Source: Candidatus Caldarchaeales archaeon (GTDB lineage Archaea > Thermoproteota > Nitrososphaeria_A > Caldarchaeales > Calditenuaceae). Taken from it: DNA of 64,000 bases. Below, piece by piece: positions 39,700 through 48,626 of this stretch (position 1 is its first letter; every line of letters begins with the position of its first letter). The notes beneath the pieces are model-generated. The model searched no databases and was not told the origin of the DNA. It saw only the letters and a list, made by a program, of their open reading frames with translations. Location: NCBI GenBank assembly GCA_032249095.1, contig JAVVGN010000001.1:14873-78872 (forward strand), read 5' to 3'. The position numbers were made by a program, and so were the translations under genes.

Positions 39700-40586
39700 T
39701 TACCGCCTTCACTGTGAGGGCGGTTTCCCCTGTGCCGATCCGCTTCGACGTCTACACCGGCTATTCTGTCAGGGGCATCTTCTTCAACCTGCTAGGGCGT
39801 GCGAACAGCGAATTAGCGTCAGCCATACACACTGCCAACACCCTCAGCCCCTACAGCACCTCGGTCCTCGAGACCGCAAGGCAGGGCATGCTCTTCCAAG
39901 GCACGGTGACCGCTGGTGAGACTTTCAAGTTCAGGGTCGGCTGCCTCGACGACAAGGTGGCCGACGCGATAGGGAGGGCGATGACATCGATGTGGCCTCC
40001 CATCTTTCCTGTCAGGAACTCGGAGGCGATGATTATGGAGGTCTCGGTTTCGTTCTGGACCCCATCGCAGAAGGTCGAAGTCGAAGAGGGGATGAAGGTA
40101 GAGGTGAGGTTCCTGACGCCGACCAATTTCAGGAGCACCCAGCACAACCCCGGCATACTCCGGAGGATCCTGCCTAGCAGATTCAGGAGGAGCGTCAGGC
40201 CCGTTTACAGGTACGTGATTCTGCCAGATCCCTACTACTTGTTCCGGGGTTTGGCGAGGTTGTATAGGAGGTTCGGCGACCCCAGAATAAGGTATAGCTC
40301 CTATTGCGAGTGGTTGCTGGAGGGCGGGATAGCTCTGGAGACCTTCAGCGACCTTAAAGTCCACAAGGTCTTCGACGCGAAGGGAAGATGGGCTAGGGGC
40401 TTCACAGGTAAGGTGGTCTACGCGATGCCGGGCGACACGTTCGACAGGAAGTACGCCGAGCTGACCATGAGGCTCCTCAAGTTCGCGAGGTTCAGCAACG
40501 TAGGCGGCAACCGGACCGCGGGCTTCGGCGTGATCGACTACAGAGTGATGCTCCGTGGGGACGACGAAGGAGCTGGTCATCGATAA
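39696..40586 (+). CDS. cas6: Cas6 crRNA endoribonuclease
   Basis: C-terminal glycine-rich loop GGNRTAGFGVIDY; N-terminal ferredoxin-like ...RFDVYTGYSVRGIFFN. Confidence 0.75.
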   Translation: MITAFTVRAVSPVPIRFDVYTGYSVRGIFFNLLGRANSELASAIHTANTLSPYSTSVLETARQGMLFQGTVTAGETFKFRVGCLDDKVADAIGRAMTSMWPPIFPVRNSEAMIMEVSVSFWTPSQKVEVEEGMKVEVRFLTPTNFRSTQHNPGILRRILPSRFRRSVRPVYRYVILPDPYYLFRGLARLYRRFGDPRIRYSSYCEWLLEGGIALETFSDLKVHKVFDAKGRWARGFTGKVVYAMPGDTFDRKYAELTMRLLKFARFSNVGGNRTAGFGVIDYRVMLRGDDEGAGHR

Positions 40587-41526
40587 GCCGGGCACCTACC
40601 TTGGTGTACGTAAGGGCCTCTTTGTCGTGAGGGGCGCCGATGGGTCGAGGTCCGAGTTCTCGCCCCCCGAGCTCTCCCACATCGCCGTAAGATGCAGAGG
40701 TGTCGGGATATCGGTTGACGCGCTGAGATTGGCATGTAGGTTCGGAATCGAGATCACCGTCTACGATAAGGGTAGGCCGCTGACCAAGGTCGTCCACGCG
40801 ATGAGGGGAGGCGGGGTTGTGACGAGGCAGGCCCAGATAGAGGCCACGAGAAACGAGAAGGGTCTCTCCATAGCGAGGGCCATGGTCGCGGCTAAGCTCC
40901 ACAACCAGAGGGCTGTCCTGCTCCTGAGGGCGAAGATCTTGAGGGCTAAGGGCTCGAGGTTGGGAAACGAGTTGCAGGGCTTAGCCGACAGCATCTCGAA
41001 GACTATCGAGTCCTTGCGGCAGGCCGATACCCTCGACTCGGTGAGGGCCTACGAAGCGATAGGCGCCAACAATTACTGGAAGGGGGTCGCGCTGATGCTG
41101 CCTGCCGAGCTTTCCTTCCCCGGAAGGAGGGCGTGGTCTCCTCAGGACCCCTTCAACAAGGCCCTCAACTTGGGTTACGGTGTCTTAAGGTCGAGGGTCT
41201 GGTCGGCGGTCATGACTGCAAACCTAGATCCGTACGTTGGCTTCCTTCACCTACCGAGGGGCCGGCACATGTGTCTGGTCAGCGACCTGATGGAGGAGTT
41301 CAGACCTTGCGTCGTCGACAGGCCCCTGATCGCGCTGGCAATTGAAGACCCCAGGGCCCTTTTGGAAGAGGCGAGAATTGAGAGAGCTGTTGTGACGGCG
41401 GTCACTCAGACCCTTGCCAAGGACGAAGGTCTGCTTGAGAGGGAGATACTCAACCAGACCCGGAAGCTGGCTTCTTTCCTCCGAGACGAAATAGACGCGT
41501 ACGAAGGCTTCAAGATGAGGTGGTGA
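40555..41526 (+). CDS. cas1: Cas1 integrase
   Basis: 323 aa; N-terminal beta-sandwich ...LFVVRGADGS...; conserved acidic residues in the C-terminal alpha-domain; followed by cas2. Confidence 0.9.
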   Translation: MGTTKELVIDKPGTYLGVRKGLFVVRGADGSRSEFSPPELSHIAVRCRGVGISVDALRLACRFGIEITVYDKGRPLTKVVHAMRGGGVVTRQAQIEATRNEKGLSIARAMVAAKLHNQRAVLLLRAKILRAKGSRLGNELQGLADSISKTIESLRQADTLDSVRAYEAIGANNYWKGVALMLPAELSFPGRRAWSPQDPFNKALNLGYGVLRSRVWSAVMTANLDPYVGFLHLPRGRHMCLVSDLMEEFRPCVVDRPLIALAIEDPRALLEEARIERAVVTAVTQTLAKDEGLLEREILNQTRKLASFLRDEIDAYEGFKMRW

Positions 41527-41556
41527 GCTACGTCGACCGAGCCGCTGCACGTCCTC

Positions 41557-41829
41557 GTGATATACGATATCTCTGACAACAAACGGAGGTTTGAGATGGC
41601 CGCTGCGTTGAAGAGGTTGGGGCTGACTAGAATCCAGAGGAGCGCGTTCATAGGGCCATATTCCTCGTCGATCGTCAGTGACATCAAGAGCGTTGCGAGG
41701 AAGATCATAGACCCACAGACCGACAACGTCCAGATCTATCCCCTGACACCTGCTTCATACCGTCTGCGCGTTGTGATAGGGCACGAGTTCTCTGAAACGC
41801 AGGAGATGGATTGGGGGTACGTCGTCTGA
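41557..41829 (+). CDS. cas2: Cas2
   Basis: ...HVLVIYDISDNKRRFEMAAALKRLGLTRIQRSAFIG...; GTG start at 41557, no upstream in-frame start. Confidence 0.85.
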   Translation: MIYDISDNKRRFEMAAALKRLGLTRIQRSAFIGPYSSSIVSDIKSVARKIIDPQTDNVQIYPLTPASYRLRVVIGHEFSETQEMDWGYVV

Positions 41830-42435
41830 ATGGAGGAGGAACTGCTCCCGGTTTCCCTGATCAGACAGTACTTCTTCTGCCCCCAGATTCCGTACATCAA
41901 CTTGGTACTCCACGTTGTCGAGCCCGAGACGGAGAGCATGATCTCGGGCAGGATGTCCCACGAGAAGTTCAGGGCCCAGCACCTGCCCCGCGACATGAAG
42001 TCACGGCGCATCGAGACCGGAGTCCCCCTCAGCAGCCCCAAGCTCGGTTTATGCGGAATCCTGGACGCTCTGGTCGAGACGGTTTTCGGCGAGCTGGTGC
42101 CGTGCGAGATGAAGAACTCGTCCATAGGAAGCGGCAACCCACCCCTGAAGGACAGGGCCCAGCTCACAGCCTACGCTATGCTCGTCGAGGAGCAGTACCA
42201 GAAGTTAGTGAAGAGGGGCGTCCTTTTCTACACGGAGGACGGCCGGAAGGTCGTCACGTGCATCGACGAATCAATGAGGAGGCTCGTCGTCAAGGCGATC
42301 CGCGAGATAAGAGGGATCATCGAGGCGGAGAGGCCGCCGGAAAGGAGGGACTTGTCCGCGTGCGCTTCGTGCTGGTACAACAGGGTATGCCATTCGTCTT
42401 CTCCACCTCCCTCGACTGCCTATCGCGTCCGTTGA
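41830..42435 (+). CDS. cas4: Cas4 RecB-like nuclease with Fe-S cluster
   Basis: N-terminal FFCPQ Cys plus C-terminal CASCWYNRVC; PD-(D/E)xK core ...LDALVE...CEMK. Confidence 0.9.
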   Translation: MEEELLPVSLIRQYFFCPQIPYINLVLHVVEPETESMISGRMSHEKFRAQHLPRDMKSRRIETGVPLSSPKLGLCGILDALVETVFGELVPCEMKNSSIGSGNPPLKDRAQLTAYAMLVEEQYQKLVKRGVLFYTEDGRKVVTCIDESMRRLVVKAIREIRGIIEAERPPERRDLSACASCWYNRVCHSSSPPPSTAYRVR

Positions 42436-42575
42436 ACCGTAAGGGTCACGCGCGCTTTCCAGACTCATCCTCTTGGGTCGCGTACTCTCTTACGAGCATG
42501 GCTTTTGAGACTGGGCCTACTCTGAAGAGGCTGAAAGAATCGGAAGGGCTGATTTGGCAGCGGCAATCGGACTCG

Positions 42576-42601
42576 GCTGACCCAAGAGAGGGAGTTGAAA
42601 G
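42576..42601 (+). repeat. orphan degenerate CRISPR repeat in opposite orientation to the main array
   Basis: GCTGACCCAAGAGAGGGAGTTGAAAG matches the minus-orientation repeat at 21/26 positions with the 3' 17 nt identical (incl. GTTGAAAG handle). Confidence 0.5.
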
Positions 42602-42699
42602 TTTTCATTCGTTCACTCGTTGACAAGATCGAGCTATACCATTCTGAGAGAGGGTCATAAAAAGCAATCTAGTCCCGACAAAAACATACCGATGGATCT

Positions 42700-43322
42700 T
42701 TCAATAAGACTTCCAGTAATATGCGTGGTGCGCATGCTTCAACCTACCCCAAATTTTCGAGCGAGAGCTCGAAGAATTCATTGTAAGAAACCCGGATGCT
42801 ATTGAGGAGGGATTCGAAATTTTGAGTAGGCATTGGCCAACAGATAGTGGACCACTAGACATCCTTGGGGCTGACGCTGAAGGTAACATTGTTGTTATCG
42901 AACTGAAAGCTAAGGAGGATGATGCACAAATAATCTAGGGCTTGAGATATTATGATTATGTATTCTCTAACATTTCTGCTATAGCCAGTTATTTTTCACG
43001 GTAAGATCTTGCCTTACCAGATCAGGACCATAGGCTTGTACTAATTGCGCCCTCCTTTTCCCAAACTTTGAGGAGGATAGCTAATTACATTGGTGTTGAG
43101 CTTGAACTGAAGGAATATAAGTCCTTCAAGCTAACTTCGGGTGAAATTGGTATAGTATTTAATACTGTAGAAATCGAAGAGAGCAAAAGGCCAAGCCTGT
43201 ATACCTCAAGAGAGGATAAGCTAAACAACATAAAGGATGATAAGATAAGAAGCCTTGCGATGAATTTCCTTAAAGACCTGGAGGATTTCGGGTTTGAGGC
43301 GAGGAATGTCCACGATGAATAG
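42700..43322 (+). pseudogene. DUF91/NucS-C-like PD-(D/E)xK endonuclease interrupted by in-frame TAG and TAA plus an upstream frameshift
   Basis: Single-frame translation ...ERELEEFIVRNPDAIEEGFEILSRHWPTDSGPLDILGADAEGNIVVIELKAKEDDAQII*GLRYYDYVFSNISAIASYFSR*DLALPDQDHRLVLIAPSF...RRIANYIGVELELKEY...; 43068-43322 is its C-terminal piece. Confidence 0.5.
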
Positions 43323-43761
43323 ATAAGCCTCTGGTTTGGAGGAAAAAGGATTGCACATTTGGGATGTAAGAGAGAGTTTTTCGTGATTGAGACCGTAACA
43401 GATGAGTGATGGAAAAGATTCAGAATACAGTCAGAATCGGATTATGAGAAGATGCTCAATATGTTAAAGGATAAAGTGAAGGATAAAATAAGCTAATGCG
43501 AAATGCATTCAATTATGGGCCAGTGGTAATTCCCTAGTTTCAGTTGGATGATATCTCGTGCTATTGTAATGGGTATTACCTTTTCTTACATTCACCTGAA
43601 CGATGTTGTGATTCAGCACTTTTGAAGGGTGTACCTAGATGAAATCTGATGGAGATATGAGAGCCGAATAAACTAGGCGATAATCCTGGATCATCCTCGC
43701 GGCAAGAATTGGCAGAAACATGATGAGGGAGCGGAGGAAATAGCCAACTCCACTTTTCTTT

Positions 43762-43800
43762 CTTCATGGTCACAAGTTGTGGATATGGGCTGGTGGGATT
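43762..43800 (-). other. tRNA 3'-half-like element (variable loop, T-arm, 3' acceptor strand) with no contiguous 5' half
   Basis: Minus strand reads ...GGAGGUC-GUGGG-CUCAAAU-CCCAC-CAGCCCA-U...; no complementary 5' acceptor strand (UGGGCUG) found within about 200 nt upstream. Confidence 0.35.
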
Positions 43801-44540
43801 TGAGCCCACGACCTCCGCCGTCCTAAAAATTTCTTTGCTATAAGCTGAAGGCGCTTAGGTCGTAGAAAAGTACCCGAGGGAGCCATCCTCCTAGGAAGCT
43901 GTCATCCTATGACGACCATGACCGCCGAGGCGGCCAGCAGATAGCCTAGATGTGTCTTCTTACCCTTAGACTGAGGGCATGCGGAGGGCCCTCTAGCCAC
44001 GCGCCGAGAGCATCACAACCCTCAAGAGTCTGAGGAGCCTCAACCCCCCAGGCCTTGAAGAAGATCGCGTTGAGTAGGCCTACGACATCGTATCTGTTTC
44101 TGATGAGGTATTTTTCTGCCGCCGCGTCTGGTTCTGTTGGCGAGGTCTGTCGCGAGGGCCGCTACCACGGATGCGTCGAAGACGTAGGGGGATGTGAGCT
44201 GCGTCTCCTTCAGCGGATAAAAGTATTCGACGAGGATGACGGCTATCGACAACACTGTGAGGGATGAGAGGATATATTCGGAGGCCTGTGGCATGGGTAG
44301 GCTCTTTACAGGGCGGTCGAAAAGGGTTCATCGCTCCCTATTCCCGTGTGTTTTGCTGTTGAGGGGTTGGGTGGTTGTTTTCGCCGCGGCGGCTTTTCTG
44401 GTAGGGGTCGTTTTGATGTTGCTTACGTTCCAATGGTCTCCTGGGGGTCTGGGGGTGTTGAGCTCGTCGTCAGCCCGACCCATTGCAAACACTGCCTGAA
44501 AACATAAGGTTGGTGAAAATGTTATGAGCAGCGTGTCTAC

Positions 44541-44948
44541 GTGTTTGTTGGTTTGGGTAGGGTTGAGGAGTTTGAGGTGTTGATGCGGCGTTCCGAGTGT
44601 TTCTATGTTACGGCTTTGCTTCAGGCCGAGAGGGGTATGTATGATTTGGCGGTCTTTAGTCTTGAGCAGTCGCTCCAGCTCTTCCTCAAAGCCGCCCTCC
44701 TGAGGGAGGGGGTTGAGTTCCAACGCACACATGGTGTAAGAAGGCTGCTCTCCATTCTGGCGGAGCTAACTGGCAGCGACGAAATTAAACAGCTCCAGAC
44801 ATCCTGCAGCCTAGAACTCGGCATCCTCGAGGACGCATACATCGTATCAAGGTATTTCCCGCGCAGCTACACCGGCGAGGAGTTTGAGAGGCTGCGGGCG
44901 GCGGTTGAGCGGGTGAGGTCTGTTGTCGGAGGAGTTTTGGCTTCGTGA
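44541..44948 (+). CDS. HEPN-domain protein (toxin of a HEPN/MNT pair)
   Basis: All-alpha, about 135 aa; Rx4-6H-like motif around EFQRTHGVRRLL; immediately followed by an MNT gene. Confidence 0.65.
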   Translation: MFVGLGRVEEFEVLMRRSECFYVTALLQAERGMYDLAVFSLEQSLQLFLKAALLREGVEFQRTHGVRRLLSILAELTGSDEIKQLQTSCSLELGILEDAYIVSRYFPRSYTGEEFERLRAAVERVRSVVGGVLAS

Positions 44949-45246
44949 GGCCCGTAGGCGTAGGGAGGTTTTCGAGAACCTCGACACCTATCTGCGCAAG
45001 CTTGCGGCCATCGTTAAGCGCCTCGACCCCTCCTCCGAGGTGTATCTCTTCGGAAGTGTTGCGGAGGGCAGGTATCTCTACTCAAGCGACATAGATGTGC
45101 TGGTTGTCAGCGATGTCCTCAAGCCCGGCGAGACGCTTGCAGCCCTTTGGGCAGAGGGCTTCGGAGACCCCTTCGAAATACACGTCGTCGATGCAGCAAA
45201 CGCAGAAACATACAAACGCAGAGCCCGTCTAAAGAAAATCCAGTAA
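44923..45246 (+). CDS. minimal nucleotidyltransferase (MNT) antitoxin
   Basis: LFGSVAEGRYLYSSDIDVLVV = GS...DxD pol-beta NTase motif; 107 aa; overlaps the HEPN gene by 26 bp. Confidence 0.75.
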   Translation: MSEEFWLREARRRREVFENLDTYLRKLAAIVKRLDPSSEVYLFGSVAEGRYLYSSDIDVLVVSDVLKPGETLAALWAEGFGDPFEIHVVDAANAETYKRRARLKKIQ

Positions 45247-45560
45247 ATCAGCTCGCTTCCGACAACAGCAGGCTATGGTATGTGAATTAGAGCCTCACAC
45301 TCACTAACTGATTCTTTAAACCGGTTCCATAGCTACCACGCAGCCTCTAAACAAGATGTTGTATTTTGTGCTTAAGTAAAGTCTCGTAGAACTTTACTGC
45401 GTCTTTCTAGGGCAGCTAGTCTGACTTCTAGTTCCTCGGTGCGCCAACGGGCTTCGCGGTTGATGGTCCCTATACCTCTGGACTCCTCAAGGTGGGGGAG
45501 GGTATTAAGGGATTTAGGTATTCCGCGCGCAGGTAGTCTAGCCTTGAGGAGGGGTAGTTA

Positions 45561-47330
45561 TTGATCGACTCTATGCCGAAAGTTGTCGGCGAGTGGCCCA
45601 TCGTTGCCTCGGCTGCGATTCAAGCGGCCGGTAGAGGGGGGTTGTTCTGGGCTCTAACTCCAACGGTCTGGGTCGGGTTCATATTTCCTCCCTGTACTGT
45701 CTTGTGTTGGGCGTTGCCGACGAGGTTCTCGGAGCTGGTGGAGCTCTGTAGGCGTCTGGAGGCTACGGGTAGTAGGCTGGCTAAGGAGGAGGCCATCATG
45801 GAGTTTCTTGGGAGGCTGGAGCCCGGCGAGGCGCGCTTCTTCACCTATCTTCTTCTGGGCCGCAAATCGGGTGAGAGGGGTAGGCCGATCAACGTGGGCT
45901 GGGCCACCATCTCGGCAGCCCTGAAGCTGGCGGAGGGGCCGAGGCTCGACATGGGCTTTGAGCCCTTGACGCTGGGGGAGTGTTGGGAGACTCTGGAGAG
46001 GATTGGGAGGATAACGGGGGAGAGGGCGCAGGAGAGGAGGGTTGCCGCGCTCTCCTCGCTCTTCTCGCGCTGCTCCGGGCAGGAGAGGGAGTGGCTTGTG
46101 AGGATCCTGGGCGGCGAGATGCGTCACGGAGTCAATCATGGGGTCTATCTCGAGGCGCTCGCCAAGTTTCTTCGGGCCGGCCTGGAGGAGGTCAGGTACC
46201 TCGACATGTTCTATTCTGACTTGGGTGTGCTGGCGGAGCTTGCGGTCCGCCGCGAGCTTCCGGCTCTTAAGCTTACGGTCTTCAGGCCGGTGAGGTGTAT
46301 GCTTGCCGAGATGGCGTATAGCGTGGGGGAGGCGCTGAAGGAGCATGGCGGCAAAACCTGCTTAGAGCCGAAGTACGACGGAGTGCGGCTGCAGATCCAC
46401 ATAGGCGGGGGCGAGGTCAGGCTCTTCACTAGGAGGCTCAAGGACGCCACAGGTAACCTTCCGGACGTTGTTGAGTCTGTTAGGGGAGGCGTCTCGGCCG
46501 CCTCGGCGGTGCTGGACTCCGAGGTGGTGGCGCTAGGTGCGGACGGTAAGCCCCTCCCGTTCCAAGACACAATGAGGAGGGTTGGGAGGGAGAAGGGGGT
46601 TGAGGAGGCCTCGACCGAGATACCCCTCAAGCTCTGGGTCTTCGACCTACTCTACCTCGACGGCGAGACCCTCATCAGGCGGCCCTACCACGAGAGGCGC
46701 AAAATCTTGGAGAGGATAGTTGTGCCCGAGCTTCTCACACCCTCCATCACAGTCTCGGACTCTGGTGAGGGTGAGAGGGTGCTTCAGCGGGCCCTCGAGG
46801 AGGGGCATGAGGGGGTGGTGGCGAAGGCGATGAACAGCCCCTATGTGCCTGGCAGGAGGGGGAGGCTCTGGCTGAAGATTAAGAAGGCTACGACGCTAGA
46901 CCTCGTGATTATAGCGGCCGAGTGGGGGCACGGGAGGCGGAGAGGCTGGCTCAGCAACTACCACCTCGCCGTGTATGACGAGGAGCGCGGGAGTTTCGTC
47001 ATGGTGGGCAAGACCTTCAAGGGTCTGAGCGACGCCGAGTTCGAGGCGATGACTTGGAGGCTCCTATCCATAAAGACTGGGGAGGAGTGGTGGGGCGTGA
47101 CCGTGAGGCCCGAGGTCGTTGTAGAGGTGGCGTTCAACGAGGTGCAGCGGAGCCCCCACTATGAGGGTGGCCTCGCTCTGAGGTTCGCCAGGATAGTCAG
47201 GATAAGGGATGACAAGTCGCCGCATGAGGCGGACACGTATAAGAGGCTGCTGCAGGTCTTCAGGGAGCAGCAGGAGAGGAAGGGCTACTACGCAGGCGGC
47301 GAGCCGGGTCTTGCGGGGAGGGGCCTATGA
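45561..47330 (+). CDS. lig: ATP-dependent DNA ligase; true start probably about 150 nt downstream at an in-frame TTG (MPTRFSEL...)
   Basis: Motif I EPKYDGVRLQIH (KxDG active-site Lys); OB-fold C-terminal domain; the N-terminal part of the ORF is hydrophobic and unlikely to be coding. Confidence 0.9.
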   Translation: MIDSMPKVVGEWPIVASAAIQAAGRGGLFWALTPTVWVGFIFPPCTVLCWALPTRFSELVELCRRLEATGSRLAKEEAIMEFLGRLEPGEARFFTYLLLGRKSGERGRPINVGWATISAALKLAEGPRLDMGFEPLTLGECWETLERIGRITGERAQERRVAALSSLFSRCSGQEREWLVRILGGEMRHGVNHGVYLEALAKFLRAGLEEVRYLDMFYSDLGVLAELAVRRELPALKLTVFRPVRCMLAEMAYSVGEALKEHGGKTCLEPKYDGVRLQIHIGGGEVRLFTRRLKDATGNLPDVVESVRGGVSAASAVLDSEVVALGADGKPLPFQDTMRRVGREKGVEEASTEIPLKLWVFDLLYLDGETLIRRPYHERRKILERIVVPELLTPSITVSDSGEGERVLQRALEEGHEGVVAKAMNSPYVPGRRGRLWLKIKKATTLDLVIIAAEWGHGRRRGWLSNYHLAVYDEERGSFVMVGKTFKGLSDAEFEAMTWRLLSIKTGEEWWGVTVRPEVVVEVAFNEVQRSPHYEGGLALRFARIVRIRDDKSPHEADTYKRLLQVFREQQERKGYYAGGEPGLAGRGL

Positions 47331-47413
47331 TTGCTGGAGCATGCGAGGTGGAGTCGCAGAGTGAAGAATATATAGTCTTGAGCGGCTTGTAGTCTGGTCA
47401 GGGTTCAGAGGGT

Positions 47414-47737
47414 TTGGGGATGGAGTGGGTCCTTAGCAGGGAGCCAACACCTGTCTGCAACCCCCTCTGCAGGTTCTTCAGATGCAGGAAAATGCTTGCG
47501 CCGGGGAGGTTCGCCCTTGACATCCACAGAGACCCGCCGTGGTGCAACTGGGTAAACTCGGCTTGCATCGGCTACAGGTGCCCCTACTCCTCGTGCGTCC
47601 AGGTGAAGCTGCTCCCAGACGGGAGGTGCGGGGTCTTCGTTAAGAGGAAGACGGTCGAGAAGGAGCCCGAGGAGCTGCTCCCGAGGGTCGGGCTGACGGA
47701 GAGGAGCAAGAAGAGGCTGGAGGACCTGGGGCTGTAG
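47414..47737 (+). CDS. small Cys-rich (probable zinc-binding) protein
   Basis: 107 aa with 10 Cys in paired patterns (CNPLC...CRK, CIGYRCPYSSC). Confidence 0.35.
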   Translation: MGMEWVLSREPTPVCNPLCRFFRCRKMLAPGRFALDIHRDPPWCNWVNSACIGYRCPYSSCVQVKLLPDGRCGVFVKRKTVEKEPEELLPRVGLTERSKKRLEDLGL

Positions 47738-47790
47738 GTATACTTGGCCGCGTGTAGGCCGGACTAGCAAAAATATCCAACCTAGGAGAC

Positions 47791-48561
47791 TTGAGACTTG
47801 AGGACTGGTGTGGCGTGATACAGATACTGCCCGTCAGGGGCTTACCCCTCGTCTCGGAGGGATTAGACCTGGCCCGCGAGATTGTAAGGGCGGCTGAGGC
47901 CTCCGGGATCGGGATCATGGATGGAGACGTGATAGTGGTTAGCCACGTAGTGGTCTCGAAGGCTGAGGGCGCCGTCTACAGGCTGAGCGAGCTCGAGCCA
48001 AGCCTCAGGGCCCGGTCCCTCGCCGCGATAACCGGGAAGGACCCGCGCCACGTAGAGGCCATACTAAGGGAGGCGGAGAGGGTTCTTAGGGTGAGGGGCG
48101 AGGTCATAATAACGGAGACGCGCCACGGCCTTGTCTGCGCGAACAGCGGGGTAGACCTCAGCAACGTTGGTGAAGACAAGGCGGCAGCCCTCCCCCGGGA
48201 CCCGGACCTCTCGGCCCAGGCAATACGCAGGGGGATAGAGGCCGCAACCGGCAGGAGGGTGGCTGTTATCGTCGCCGACTCCCACGGGAGGCCATTCAGG
48301 AGGGGGGCCGTGAACGTGGCGATTGGTTGTAGCGGCCTCCAGCCGATCTGGGACAGGCGGGGGGAGAAGGACCTCTACGGCAGGGTCCTGAGGAGTAAGC
48401 AGATCTGTGTGGCAGATGAGCTCGCCTCGGCGGCGGAGCTAGTCATGGGCCAGGCCGACGAGGGCGTACCCGTCGCGATCATTAGGGGCTACCGCTACAC
48501 CCCAGGCGAGGAGCCGGCCGTGTCCATCGTAAGGCCGAGGGGGGAGAACCTATTCCTCTAG
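47791..48561 (+). CDS. cofE: CofE-like F420-0:gamma-glutamyl ligase family protein
   Basis: ...IITETRHGLVCANSGVDLSNV... matches the CofE core; about 250 aa. Confidence 0.6.
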   Translation: MRLEDWCGVIQILPVRGLPLVSEGLDLAREIVRAAEASGIGIMDGDVIVVSHVVVSKAEGAVYRLSELEPSLRARSLAAITGKDPRHVEAILREAERVLRVRGEVIITETRHGLVCANSGVDLSNVGEDKAAALPRDPDLSAQAIRRGIEAATGRRVAVIVADSHGRPFRRGAVNVAIGCSGLQPIWDRRGEKDLYGRVLRSKQICVADELASAAELVMGQADEGVPVAIIRGYRYTPGEEPAVSIVRPRGENLFL

Positions 48562-48626
48562 CAGGCCAGCCGGGGAGGCTGACCACCGCAAGATACTTCG
48601 AGACCGACTTCAGAGTCCTCCAGGCG

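Noticed and set aside
41811-42623. 270-aa ORF overlapping cas4 in another frame
   Set aside because: Arg/Pro-rich translation typical of an off-frame high-GC ORF. cas4 in the other frame has clear motifs.
42576-42700. A second full CRISPR array downstream of cas4
   Set aside because: Only one repeat-like sequence is present, with no further periodic repeats within 500 bp.
23056-43800. tRNA-Met and the 43762-43800 tRNA-like fragment as attL/attR of a single integrated element
   Set aside because: Sequences differ (different T-arms and acceptor stems) and they are on opposite strands, so they are not direct repeats of one another.
43830-44040. Full intron-containing tRNA or SRP/RNase P RNA in the ORF-free region 43580-44040
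   Set aside because: Could not find a 5' acceptor strand or the conserved SRP/RNase P motifs by eye. Only the 3'-half-like element is reported.
45620-46630. Antisense ORFs inside the DNA ligase gene
   Set aside because: Antisense to a well-supported gene. GC-rich spurious ORFs.
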